The notes under the pieces were generated by a model. The model did no database searches, had not been told where the DNA came from, and saw nothing but the letters and a program-made list of their open reading frames with translations. DNA of 64,000 nucleotides, from contig NC_083225.1 in NCBI RefSeq assembly GCF_032191835.1, forward strand, positions 49,352,001 to 49,416,000, in the 5' to 3' direction. Numbering within the stretch: position 1 is the stretch's first letter; every line of letters begins with the position of its first letter. Position numbers and translations under genes: made by a program. Positions 26,281 through 38,589 of the stretch are shown here, piece after piece. Source of the stretch: Heteronotia binoei (Eukaryota).

Positions 26281-29118
26281 TTTTTTTTTTTTTTTTTTTA
26301 AAGTTTTAAAGTTTTATTACTAAAAATCAACTACAAACGTAACAAAATGCTAACACACTAATAACGTGAAACATATAACATAAAAAACAACACAATACAC
26401 AACACAATATACATACTACTCCCTACCACATCATCCCCTACCAACTACCAACCACCCACACTGGAGAGGGATAGGGGGGTTAAACATAAAAGCATTACAC
26501 AGTTCAATGCTTCATCTATACATTATCCTGATATACTCTGTTTTTATATGTCTTATATCATATAACATATGTCATATATCATATATCAAAACCTATCATA
26601 TATCATAACCTCTGTTTTTAACCCAGTCATATACAGGGTCCCATTCCTCCCGACATTTCTGCACATTACCACCTCTTAATCGGGTGGTCATCAAATCTGC
26701 TTCCGCCGTTTCAAAAAGTTTAGATATAAATTCTTCTCTGTTAGGAGTTCTGTCCTCCTTCCAGTACTTAGCATATAAGATTCTGGCAATTGTAACTATG
26801 TACAACACTAATTTCAACTTGGTCGCTGGTAAATTTTGTCTGCAAATGTTTATGAGATACAGTTCCGGAACATGCTTTACTTGTATTTTCAGAATTTTTT
26901 GAATCCAGATATTGACTTGTGTCCAATATTTCCTGGCCTTTTTACAATGCCACCATATATGGAACAGAGAACCTTTGACTTCGGTACATTTCCAACATTT
27001 ATTGGAGTAAGAGGGATATATTTTTGCCAATCTGTCTGGAGTGAGATACCATCTATAAACCATTTTATACACATTTTCTTTGAGGTCTGCTGGTTTTATT
27101 AACTTCATATTCTGCTTCCATAGCTTCTCCCACTCTTCCAGATCTATATTGTAACCAAAGTCTTTCAACCATCTAATCCAGGCTTCTTTCACCACTTCAT
27201 CCTGCATCTTGGCTTGGAGCAGCCATTCATATACCTTGGCAATTAATTTTTGTTTAGACTCCAAAATCAAATCTAGATCAGAGTCGGAATTCCCAAAACC
27301 TATTTCTTTATCTTTTCGAAATCTCGATCTCACTTGACATTGTAGCCACCAAGATAGCTTTAAAACTTCTTCTTCAATCAGTTCATTGTGGTCATTTAAC
27401 AGATAAGCATAGTCCTGTTGATTTTCCCAATTATATAATTTAGGATGCGACGAAGCCTCTATCGGGGAAATCCATTTTGGCGTCTGTTTATACAGTACTT
27501 TTATTTCGCTCCAGACCGCATACAAAGCTCTTCTTATTTCATGTCTGAGAAACCGCCCGGTTTTAGTAGGAGTTTTATACCACATATAACTATGCCAACC
27601 TTCTCCCAGACCATCGCCCTCTATGGACAGTAGCCTTTTATTGTCCAATTTACACCAAGTTCTCAGCCACGCAATGCAGCACGCTTTATAGTATAATTTC
27701 CAGTCTGGGAGAGCAAATCCTCCTCTTAGCTTAGTGTCTTGCATGACTTTCATTTTTATTCTGGCCTTCTTACCCTGCCAAATAAACATTCTAGTCAACT
27801 CGTTAAGTTGTTGGAAGAAGGATTTGGGTAATGCAATTGGAATCGTTTGAAATAAAAATAAAATTCTCGGAAGTATATTCATTTTAATTGTAGCGACTCG
27901 ACCAAGAAGTGAAATCTGTAGATCTTTCCATTTCATTAGATCCCTACGGATCTCTTTCAAAATTTTTTCGTAATTATCCCTATATAGATTCTTTAAATTA
28001 TTAGTCAGGAATATTCCTAAATATTTAACCTTTTTTTCATTCTTAAATCCTGAGAGCTGCTCCAATCTTTCAATTTGATCCTTTTCCATATTTTTCAATA
28101 GAATCTTAGTTTTAGTGGCATTCAATTTAAATCCAGATACTTCTCCAAACTCATTCAGTCTTTGTTTAAGGCGCTCTATCGATGACATAGGTTGTTCTAG
28201 TATAAATACCAAATCATCTGCAAATGCCAACGTCTTTAATTCTGTATTATTTATTCTAATTCCTTGAATTTGGGAATCTTCTCTTATCTTCTTAATCAGC
28301 GGCTCCAAAGTCAATATAAAAAGTAGTGGAGATAGAGGGCACCCTTGTCTTGTACCTTGTTCTATTTCTATTGAATCCGTCGTTACTCCATTAAAATTAG
28401 CTTTGGCTGTCTGTTTCGTGTAAATTGCTTCGACCATTGAGCAATATCTTTCTCCACATCCAACTCCTGCCAATGTCTCTTTAATGAAGTTCCAGTTGAC
28501 ATTGTCAAAAGCCTTTTCCGCGTCTATCAAAATCGCCGCGAATTCTTTATCTGAATGTTCCCTATAATATTCAATTGCATTCAGAAACAGTCTCACGTTT
28601 TGGTTCATTAAACGTTCCGGGACAAAACCTGTTTGATCTTCATGAACTAGACTTCTGATAACTTTCTTCAATCTATTTGCTAATATTGTTGCGTAGATCT
28701 TATAATCACTATTCAATAGAGAGATTGGTCTATAATTTTTAATTTCTGCTGGGTCAGAATCTTCTTTGTGTATGAGAGATATTAAGGCCTCTTTCCACGA
28801 TTCCGGAATCTCCCCCGTGTTGTAAACATTTTCCAATACTCTCTTAAAGGGCAGCAGCAACTCATCTTCGAAAACTTTGAAGAATTCAATCGGCAGTCCG
28901 TCTGTACCCGGCGTCTTGTTACTTTTTTGAGTTTTAATAGCTTCAACTACTTCCTGCATTGAAATTGGGCTCTCTAAACTTACTTGTTGTTCCTTTGTTA
29001 ATTGCTTCAGTTCCACTTCTTTTACATAAGTCTCTTGTTTTTGCTGATCAATCTTCTGTTTCTTATACAAATTCCGATAGAAATTTTGAATAATTAATTT
29101 CATTTGAGAATTTTGGAA
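26281..29118 (-). mobile_element. 5'-truncated L1 of a second subfamily
   Basis: TSD agttctctgaatga(tttt) at 26267-26284 and 29119-29136; 19-nt poly(A); AATAAA at 26313-26318; no EN or ORF1. Confidence 0.95.
26596..29103 (-). CDS. Uninterrupted 835-aa L1 ORF2 remnant (linker/Z region, RT, CCHC) lacking the endonuclease
   Basis: KTPGTDG, YRPISLLN, DAEKAFD, QGCPLSP, FADD and CWKCx7Hx4C. First element-encoded ATG is at 29103; about the first 24 residues of the track ORF come from flank and TSD. Confidence 0.85.
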   Translation of the reverse strand: MKLIIQNFYRNLYKKQKIDQQKQETYVKEVELKQLTKEQQVSLESPISMQEVVEAIKTQKSNKTPGTDGLPIEFFKVFEDELLLPFKRVLENVYNTGEIPESWKEALISLIHKEDSDPAEIKNYRPISLLNSDYKIYATILANRLKKVIRSLVHEDQTGFVPERLMNQNVRLFLNAIEYYREHSDKEFAAILIDAEKAFDNVNWNFIKETLAGVGCGERYCSMVEAIYTKQTAKANFNGVTTDSIEIEQGTRQGCPLSPLLFILTLEPLIKKIREDSQIQGIRINNTELKTLAFADDLVFILEQPMSSIERLKQRLNEFGEVSGFKLNATKTKILLKNMEKDQIERLEQLSGFKNEKKVKYLGIFLTNNLKNLYRDNYEKILKEIRRDLMKWKDLQISLLGRVATIKMNILPRILFLFQTIPIALPKSFFQQLNELTRMFIWQGKKARIKMKVMQDTKLRGGFALPDWKLYYKACCIAWLRTWCKLDNKRLLSIEGDGLGEGWHSYMWYKTPTKTGRFLRHEIRRALYAVWSEIKVLYKQTPKWISPIEASSHPKLYNWENQQDYAYLLNDHNELIEEEVLKLSWWLQCQVRSRFRKDKEIGFGNSDSDLDLILESKQKLIAKVYEWLLQAKMQDEVVKEAWIRWLKDFGYNIDLEEWEKLWKQNMKLIKPADLKENVYKMVYRWYLTPDRLAKIYPSYSNKCWKCTEVKGSLFHIWWHCKKARKYWTQVNIWIQKILKIQVKHVPELYLINICRQNLPATKLKLVLYIVTIARILYAKYWKEDRTPNREEFISKLFETAEADLMTTRLRGGNVQKCREEWDPVYDWVKNRGYDI

Positions 29119-32100
29119 AGTTCTCTGAATGATTTTGACTGCACATTCCTCTGAAGATTTGCTCTGCAATAATTCACTTAATCCTGACACACTGACCGAA
29201 TATGAACGAAACAGCTATGAGAAGGCCGCAGTGTATCATCTAATCCGATAAACTGTCTGCATCTAACATTACAAGAAGAAAACATCACCAGCCATTAAGC
29301 TTCCATAAGCAGTCAATGTTTCAACAACAGTTACTAAATCCTTGTTGTAAAATTATAGCTCTTGTCAGCTGAGAAATTTATATTCGTGGGGCTTTAGTTA
29401 ATATTGGCTGAAGGTAATAATCAGACAGCCAGCAAGCTGATTTGTTTTCTGTCAAGCATTCTGTTAGGGAATCTGACATAGGGAGGGGCTTGTTTCTAAG
29501 GAACATGGTATTACACCTTGGTACATAAGGGTTCCAATTTGTTTTTGATACAGCAAGCGCAAACCAGAAGTAGAGCTGGCAAACTCACTATTGTCCTCAA
29601 GTGTTGAGGCTCAGACAGGCCTGTTAGCTAAAGGCTGCTCAGGTTTGCAGTTTTAAAGCACGAAAAAGTTACCTCAGAATAAACTGAAAAGCCATGGTGT
29701 AATCTGAGAGGAAAAAGCACTTATTAACATCAGTAGTCTGAGATTTCATAAGGACATTGGTGAGCACTTTTATCTCTTTCTGAATATACATCAAAACCTA
29801 AAAGCAAGGAGACAGAAGTCACATAAAAGCTTAGATCCTCTGGAATATTTCTGCAGGGGGAAGGATATGTGCTCATGGAGAACAATGTTCTCACCTTTTT
29901 CTTTCTGTAGCAGCCTGAAACACACCCCAAAACACTGCTCCTGGGGGTGTCCTATCCCCAAGGAAGGAGATTTCAGGGGGGAGGCATCATTTCAAGCAGC
30001 CACAGGAGGGAAGAGGTGAGAAAGTTCTGTAATGTGACCACATACCCTTCTACTTGCATAAGAAATCCAGGGGGTTGAAGCCAAAGTAATTTAAGTTACC
30101 CAAAGTGCATACAGATATCTTGGCTCCTTTGGTGGACAGCTAATGACCAAAAAGCAAAATGGTAAAGAAAGAGAGAAAAAAATAACCTGACATCAGACAA
30201 AGATTGAAATAGGCAAATAAATGATCAATCTACATCCTTTGTTGGTAATATGAAATAGGAAGATCCCTACCCCTTAATTCATTATTGTATAACAGCGGGT
30301 GTAGTATAACCAGGAGATCCAAAAGGCAGCCTGAAATTCTAGCTCTTTTTGTGGAAAGGTTTATTTTTTTTGGGGGGGGGGGGAGAACTGTGATTGGTCC
30401 AAGATAACCCAGATGGCTCCAAGTGGGGGAGTGGGAAATTGAACCTGGTTCTCCAGATTCCAGAGTCCACTGCTCTTAACCAAACTGTCCCTACTACATA
30501 AAAAGTGGTGCACTGACCTGGATAGCCCAGGCTAGCTGTATCTCGTCAGATCTCAGAAGCTAAGCAGGGTCAGTCTTGGCTACTATTTGGAAGGGCAACC
30601 TTCAAGGAGTAATAGGGGCATGATGAAGAGGCAGGAAACGGCAAACTACCTGAAATGTCTCTTGCCTTAAAAACAAGTCTACCTCATCACCTAGTGATGC
30701 ATAATGCTATAAGAGAACTTCTGGCTGCCAGACAATCTTAGCATCTCCTGGATACACTACAATGCCATACAATGATGACAAAAATGAACATGAAGATGAT
30801 AGTTGCGTGCAGGTGAAACATCATCCTAAGACATGGTAGCATTAGAAAACATTGTATAACTATAAAGGCACTCCATGATGTACATTAAACTTGATAAAGG
30901 CTAATTTTTCATATTAATGTAGTGAGTGAGGGGGATGGAAGATTTGGGGTTTGGAGAATTTGTGGTTCAGTATGTCTTCCCACAGGCAAGAGAAAAATGC
31001 AAGTACAACCTAGCCCTCTGACTGGCCAAGTATGTTTTCCTTTTCTTTTTAGGATGGCAATGTGACCGGGTTAAATGTTGTAGGATTATATTTCAATTGT
31101 CTTAATAGATGATGCTATGTTCAATTGTTCTTTGCATTCACCTGTTCAGTCATGTTTTCCCATTGAACTGTTATTAATTATCATGTATGCTATTACATGC
31201 TTTTAATTAAAAGCTGACTCCTTCTCTTACTCGTAGGGGTAATCAGATCCAGTAACACAATTATTAGTGCGCTTGAGTCATTCTTCTAATAGGCTGCCAC
31301 TAAAATAAAGCTGTTCTTTCCGCTGGCAATTTTACTAGCATCTTTCATCAGTCATACTCACTGATCACAGTCCTCTGTACCATCCAGGTATCAGGGTCCT
31401 ACAAGCATCTATACAGCAAATGCCAGTGCAGCAGTCAAAGAAAGCCCTGAAGGTGTCAAGCAGAAGGCCCTTGAGGAAATATGTGTTACATGCATTGGAG
31501 CATGAACCGCTGAGCAGGAATCCAGAGTATGTAAGAGGCTGATGTCAATACACAAGTGAGCAGAGAGTATCAGTGTAAGCAATTTACCTAAGAAATAGCA
31601 TGTTTCTCTTAAAGGAGTGCTAATGACTGATGAGTAATTTGTGTGTAATGGGCTGAGGTGAGTCTCTCCATAAAATCCTGAATGTGGCAAACTATTATTT
31701 TTTAATTTATTTTATTTTACTTGTACCCTGCCTTTTCCCACAAATGGGGCTCAGGGTGGCTTACAACATAAAACCATCAACAGTAACCCCCCCCCAATAA
31801 AACAGTAGCTGACACATATCAAACAAAGGTAATCACCAGAAAAATCCCATGTCTGAATAAAATCTAAAACCAGCAGGGCACAGGAAAGGGAAAACCTACA
31901 GAGGAAGCCGTGACAATAAACCTACAACAGAAGCTGAAAAGCTCAAGGCTACAATTACTAAACCAACAAATGTATTTATAAATAATTATAAGTGCGTTTG
32001 TTCTGTTTCTTCAAAAATACAATTACAAATGAATGTACAACTTCATAGTATCAAAAGATACAAAAATCTCAACACATACAATGACTGTTGACTCGAAGGA

Positions 32101-32597
32101 ATTGATTCCACACACTGCTGAGATGAATAGCTCCTTATAGGGGGGTGGGATTCTCAATGCACATAAATTTCACAAATTCCCCAGTCTGGAGTATAATCTC
32201 TTGTTAAAAGACACATCTTCTCAATCACCCCTGTGGGAGAGTATAGGTGTCCCCAAAGTGACAACGGGTCACTAGCTGAGATCAGTCATTTCACGTGTTG
32301 CTTTGTCAGGTGGTGGGACAAAAACCAGTGATGCAATCACCATCCATACAAAAGACTTAATTACAAAATGTCACAACTTAGGCTGGGTTCTCAAGATGCC
32401 TGCACCTTGAGAAGCCATCTTAAATTGTGACTCATAAGTTATGCATGGATTCAGAAAGTATACAGAGAGAACACACAGGTGCATCTGACTGGCCACTGTG
32501 TGAAACAGTGCAGGATTAGATCGGTAATCGGTCTGATCCAGCACAGCTTCTCTTATGCATGTGGTAATAACCTAATAGTGGATGAGAATATCTAGAC

Positions 32598-32925
32598 CAG
32601 GGGTGACCAAACTATGGCTCGGGAGCCACAAGTGACTCTTTCACACACATTGTGTGGCTCTCAATGCCACCACTGCTCTGGCTGGCCAGCTTGGAGAAGG
32701 AATTTGTCTCTTTAAATCACGTCTCCAAGCCAAGCCAGATGACAGCTTGGAGAATGCACTGAAAGTTACAGTTGCTTTCTTTCTACTTCTACCTCCCCCC
32801 TCTATTTTCCTTCCTTCCTTCCTATCATGCAGTTCTCAAACATCTGATGTTCCTGTCTTGCGACTCTCAAACATCTGATGTTTATTCTATGTGGCTCTTA
32901 CACTGAGCAAGTTTGGCCACCGCTG
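32598..32925. mobile_element. hAT MITE, older
   Basis: caggggtgaccaaac / gtttggccaccgctg; TSD 6/8 (atctagac / ctctacac). Confidence 0.7.
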
Positions 32926-33304
32926 CTCTACACTCAAACATACTTTTAAAAATCAGTGTGAAATGAAATTTTAAAGTGATTTTAAAAAACAAACAAGCAA
33001 AACACAATCCTTAAATATAACGTCAATGCTCTGGGGAAAATGCTATTTAAAAACCCTGAAATGTGAGGCATGAAACTGAAATATTTGTTCTGTTCTGAAC
33101 AATAGTAGAACGCATAGCTGTTGTAAATCTAAAAGTTCATCTAATCCAACTCCATACTGAATATCCTTGGTTAAAGCCACCATTATCAGGTGTTCTCTTG
33201 GACAAGCTGTGGAATTTTCATAATCAGGGCTCTGAGCCACAGTAGTAACTGTAAGCCAAAATTACCCAGTTTGAATGAACTGCAGTAGAGAGCTCCCACA
33301 TCAA

Positions 33305-33680
33305 GATTAGATTAGATAATTTTATTTATATCCCGCCCTCCCCGCCGGGGCAGGCTCAGGGCGGCTAACAGTAACAGTAACATTCCATTGTATAAAAACA
33401 AGGTTACATTCAACATTAAAATTCTAATAGATTTAAAATTAATTACAGTTATAAAAGTGCTAATGCTATTGCTATTTGTTCTTTATTATGATGGCGGTAT
33501 CATTAGTACTTAATTTTCTACATCATCGAAAGCCAGTCGGAAGAGGAAAGTCTTGCAGGCCCTGCGGAATTGTTCAAGATCCCGCAGGGCCCGCATTTCC
33601 TCTGGAAGTTGGTTCCATAAGCTCGGGGCCACAGAGGAGAAGGCCCGATTGCGGGTGCATTGCAACTTCACCTCTCTTAT
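33305..33680 (-). mobile_element. L2 3' fragment, same clade as the large L2
   Basis: TRNRAFSSVAPSLWNQLPEEMRALRDLEQFRRACKTFLFR plus a gccgccctgag...gggcggg 3' end. Confidence 0.85.
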
Positions 33681-34439
33681 GCTCTTATGCTCAAGAGCAT
33701 AAATCCATCTCTTCATTCTAATACTTGTTGTAGATAACTTCTCCACTCCATTAGAATCATAATATACATTCTGGTTCCCAATGGACATCTTTGTTTGAAC
33801 CACAGAAAGCACTTTTGTCATGTTTTTTATAGTCAACTGTTCATATTAGGTATATGTCTTGTTCTTTTTGTGTTTTTAATGGGCATATTAGAGTATTGCT
33901 GAACTTGTGTCCATTCACCATGTCAGAACAATGAACCACCCCAGGGCTAAGTAGGATTCTGATCTCACAATAGGTGTTAATTTTCTGCTCCTAAGTATTT
34001 TTGACCCTGTTTTAATTAACCTGATTACATTTTGCATTACCCTGTTGCATCACGATGGCCATGTTGGCTGGGGCTGATGGGAGTTGTAGGCAAAAAACAT
34101 CTGGAGAGCTACCGTTGGCCACCCCTGCATCACAGGACTCAAATCTAGCTGTTCTGCTGTGGACCAGCTAGAGTTGCCTGGTCTGTGTTAGAAAATACCT
34201 GGAGATCAATCCTAGGACCAACACAGCTATCCACCTGGATATATCAGGAAAGTAGCTCGAATCTACCTATGAAGATTTTAGTGTAATGGCAAACAGAATG
34301 GGTAGTGGAAGCTAAACCCCAGCAGCCCTGGCAGCATCTCAGGATTCGCCTGGTGGCCATGGAGGTCTGGGAGGTGATGATGTTCCTAAGCCATGCATGT
34401 TGTCTCTTCTCACACCACTGGTTCCAGCACTGCTGCCAG

Positions 34440-34651
34440 CAGTGTTCCCTCTAAGCTGAGTTAGGGTGAGCTAGCTCACAGATATTTAGCCTCCAGCTCA
34501 CACTTTTTTGTCTTAGCTCAGGAAGGATGACCCCAGAGCACACTAATTTATGCAGTAGCTCACAACTTTAATGCCAGTAGCTCACAATTTTAATGCCAGT
34601 CGCTCACAAAGTAGAATTTTTGCTCACAAGACTGCAGTTTAGAGGGAACTG
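34440..34651. mobile_element. hAT MITE, cagtgttccctctaag family
   Basis: Perfect TSD gctgccag. Other copies at 59641-59856 and 61688-61882. Confidence 0.85.
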
Positions 34652-34742
34652 GCTGCCAGTGCCTTAGCTGCCTGGGCACAGGTCTGAATGCCAAGCAGAA
34701 TGGTGCAATGTGAGGCTGCTTGGCACATGTGCCAGAGATGGT

Positions 34743-35546
34743 CAGGGGTGTCAAACTCATTTGGTATAAGGACCTGAATTGACATAAATGAGACCTTGTT
34801 GGACCAAGCCATGCCAGGCCAGGCCATGTGTGTACCTATTTAAGATTAGGTAGCAGAGATATAAACTTTATAAAGGACACAAACAATTTTTTTTTAAAAA
34901 AAAAACTTAAATAAAACATGCTTAAAAACAGGGCTTTTTTGTAGAAAAAGCCCAGCAGGAACTTATTTGCATATTAGGCCACACCCCCTGATGTCACCCT
35001 TATTTCACATAGGGGTTTTTTTGTAGAAAAGCCTGGGAGAAACTTATTTGCATATTAGGCCACACCCCTGACACCAAGCCAGCCGGAACTTTGTTCGTGT
35101 GCGTTCTTGCTCAAAAAAAGCCCTGCTTAAAATATTAGTGCTAATTGGTTTTAAAGGCGCTTTCTTTGTATCTCTCCCATGGGATCTAAGGAAATGGACA
35201 AAGGAAGCTGTGTCTCTTTCCTTCCTCCCCAGGGGGCCAGGAGGGGGAAGAGCCTCAGTCAATAAAAGGAAGAGAGGCTTGGCTCAGTAGCTCTGCTGTA
35301 TGATTGAGAGAGCCTGGCAAAGCAAGCTCTGCCTCCCCTCTTCCTTCCCAAGAGAGGAAGTCAATAGAGAAAATAGAGATTTTGCTCTGTAGCTTCTGTG
35401 CAATTGAGCAAGCCTTGCAAACCAAGCTGTTATGCAGAAGGAAACAAGAGGGAGAAGGAAGCAGATGACAGCCAGTTGCTCAAGGGTCTGATAGGAGCCC
35501 TCCAAGGGCCTGATTTGGCCCCCAGGCTGCATGTTTGACACCCCTG
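34743..35546. mobile_element. Non-autonomous hAT element hosting a nested MITE
   Basis: TIRs caggggtgtcaaac / gtttgacacccctg; no clear TSD. Confidence 0.8.
34929..35125. mobile_element. hAT MITE (cagggctttttt family) nested in 34743-35546
   Basis: TIR cagggctttttt / aaaaaagccctg; TSD cttaaaaa / cttaaaat. Confidence 0.85.
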
Positions 35547-36175
35547 GTCTACCACTATATTCTCTGCACACTGCTTTTTGTTTCTGGCCAAACTCTCCCT
35601 TTTGGCATGTTAGTTGGTTTTCTTTACAAGTGCAATTGACCACATTTTCCACTTGTTTCTTAATATGTAGGCAAAGACTGACTGTGGATTTTATAATACA
35701 GAATTATAGGTGTGCTTCGAGTAGTATGGGGCTGGGTACCACAGGAAGTACCATGAGGTTAAGAGAGGGATTATAAACTACAACAGAAAGACTCATGGAA
35801 ATGGAACAAAGTAAAGAGAGTGTACACTTTCTAGACAAAATGCATTTCTATTCTATAGTGACTGCGAAGCAAATTTTGGGTTGAAGTTTTTGTTGTGATG
35901 ATTGTCTCTCATATTCAGCATGCTGAAATTAAGCCATATACTCTGGAGTAAAAAGTCTTTGACAGTTTTCAACAGCATATTGGCTGCACTGATTTAAACT
36001 AGATTGAATGAGACATCTTTTCCCATTGGATCCTTTATATCAGAAAACTGTGACAATCCTATTCATTGCAATTTTTTCCCCTCCAAAAGAGATGATAAGA
36101 CTGTGAAAAACCTGTTTTGGAAGGCAAAGCTTTGCTTTGTCTCTAAATCAACAAGCACCAGGCAAAAAAACTTAC

Positions 36176-36271
36176 CTCCACATACAGAATAGGGAATATT
36201 CCAATCTTATCTCCCAGCATTCCTTCTGCCCAGTTATCGTCTACTCTCCTGATGACTGTCAGTATTTCATC
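36176..36271 (-). CDS. SH3RF3: SH3RF3 coding exon (probably exon 3): rest of the second SH3 domain (too short for the ORF track)
   Basis: 96 bp, [32 protein letters not shown]. Acceptor ttttag|GAT, donor GAG|gtaag. Continues in frame from the previous exon. Confidence 0.95.
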
Positions 36272-37317
36272 CTAAAATGACAAAGGTGGCAATATGATAC
36301 ACAAAATACTGACTTTCTTTTTTTCCTTTGGGGAAATGTGCTGATTTTTTTCATATGCATCACATTAACTTCTCACTCTAGTAAAGTCCACATTCCAGGT
36401 TGCAACCACATCTTTCAAATGAGGAAAACTCTCCTTTTCCAATTACTAATATAATGGGAAGACAACACACAATCCAGAGGTATTAAAACCACTTGCAAGA
36501 TACGAAGAGCAACAAGCATTCCTATGGGTTTATGCAAAAAAAATATCTTTGACATGTTTACAGATTCTTTTAGCTTGATAGAAAACGCCCCCCCCCCCCT
36601 ATCTTATGAAACACTGGCAATGTGTCTCAATGGCTGCAGAAGGAATAGATTAATTCTGGCATGCATGCAAAGAAAATAAAGAGGTTAATGAATTCCTCCA
36701 AATGTTCAACTCGCTGATCCTGGAACTGAATAATAGGCTAATAATTACAGCCAAAGTGACATGAAGGAAATTCATCTCTGTTTATACAAATCATGCTTGA
36801 AATTCAATTTCCCTGCCACCACATCCTCTTTGCTCCCACCTCCTCTACCACCAGGAGGAAAAGAAGCTGGCAGGGAGAGGCAGAAACTGGGAATTGGCAG
36901 TGTTTGAACTAAGAGGGAAACTGAGCATCAACCTCCCCAGTCTAGCAGCACCTGGCCCCACTGCCTCGCAGTAGTCCATTCTCCTCCAGGACCTGCCAGT
37001 GCATCTTTGGTATTGCTGAGCACCAGTGGTTTTAGGCTAAGAGGGAGCCTGCAGCTACCCAAACGCTGCTGGTGGACAGTGCCCACCACTACCAACAGGC
37101 TTCTTCTTTTACTTCTAGCAGTTGCAGTAGTTGCAGCATTCCAGAATTCTATTTTCCTGCTCCCAAGCCCCACCAGTGCATCTCAAGATGACTGCTGGGA
37201 TCTCACAACATGCTCTGCAAAATACTGCTTTTTATTTAATTTTGGGTAATTTTAAAAACCCCCTGCCCTGGATTTTCCACCAGGTTTGTAGAAAAATCTC
37301 CCCCAACTGTACCTTAT

Positions 37318-37587
37318 GAAGAAGATATTGGATTTATATCCTGCCCCATACTCTGAATCTCAGAGTGGTCACAATCTCCTTTACCTCCCCCCCCCCACAA
37401 CAGACACCTGTGAGTTAGGTGGGGCTGAGAGAGCTCTTACAGCAGCTGCCCTTTCAAGAGCAACTCCTACGAGAACTATGGCTGACCCAAGGCCATTCCA
37501 GCAGCTGCAAGTGGAGGAGTGGGGAATCAAACCCAGTTCTCCCCGATAAGAATCCACGCACTTCACCACTATACCAAACTGGCTCTC
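37318..37587 (-). mobile_element. Squam3-type tRNA-derived SINE
   Basis: Head gagagccagtttggtatagtggtgaag...gggtttgattcccc; (TTC)n-like tail. Confidence 0.8.
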
Positions 37588-38589
37588 AATGTTTTGATCC
37601 ACAGTTTGAGGGCCAAGTTCAGCATTAGATACATAATACTAGGATCCATGGCTCGGGTAATCAAAAATATATAAAAAACTATTGGTTCCAAATGTTAACA
37701 ATATACTTTATTGTTGACTTCTTTAGTTTTTACATGTCTTTCAGAAGATGGCACTGTGATGATGAACACTATGATGCAGGAAAGCACATTTCAATGAGCA
37801 GAAATGTGCGAAAGTCCTATGACTAAGCTGAACCTGCCCCATTTCCGCACTTACTGCAGCTGAGGAATTTGCATACACGGAAGGGGGTCAGTGAGATGAC
37901 ACTCACAATCACTCAGGATGCATGATTAGAAGGAGAAAAGCACAGCTGTTACCAGTGTTATAATGTGCCTCTGAGCATCATATTGAGGAATTCTATGTAT
38001 TGTACTATATCCTGTTTTGACTGAGAGCAGATTTGGATGTCACATTATATGTGCAAACAGCAGATATGAGATATTGCTCCCAACACTGATAAAGAAGAAA
38101 CTACTGATACAGTTTTCACAGCTATGTGTAATTAAAAAATAAAACTGAGCATCCTGGCAATCTAGATTTGCACTGTGAAATATTTCAGGTTAAAGCAAGG
38201 GTTTTACCAACCTCTAGGGTTTTTTATGAGCAGGAACGCACAGGAACACAGTTCCGGCTGGCTTGGCATCAGGGAGTGTGACCTAATAACCAAATGAGTC
38301 CCTGGTGGGCTTTTTTGGCCCTTTGTGAAACAATGGTGACATCAGGGGTGTGGCCTAATAGGCAAATGAATTACCACTGGGCTTTTTCTACCAGTAAATT
38401 ATTCACTGAAACAAGCTGAACTCTACGGTTTCTCCTTTGCATAAATCTATTCAGCAGTGTTTTCTATTCTGAATGATTTACAGTGCAATTCTAAACAGGG
38501 TTAGAATGATTAATTCTGTTTAGGATTGCACTGCCATTCTTGTTTTGTCCACCATAGTAAAGGAGAGACCTTTGCAGGTCAATGCAGAA

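Noticed and set aside
29104-29190. Novel N-terminal domain on the 864-aa RT ORF
   Set aside because: It starts at GTG and lies mostly in the TSD and host flank, so it is a chance open frame.
30512-30610. 5S rRNA gene
   Set aside because: Partial, diverged and fused to SINE body, with several dispersed copies.
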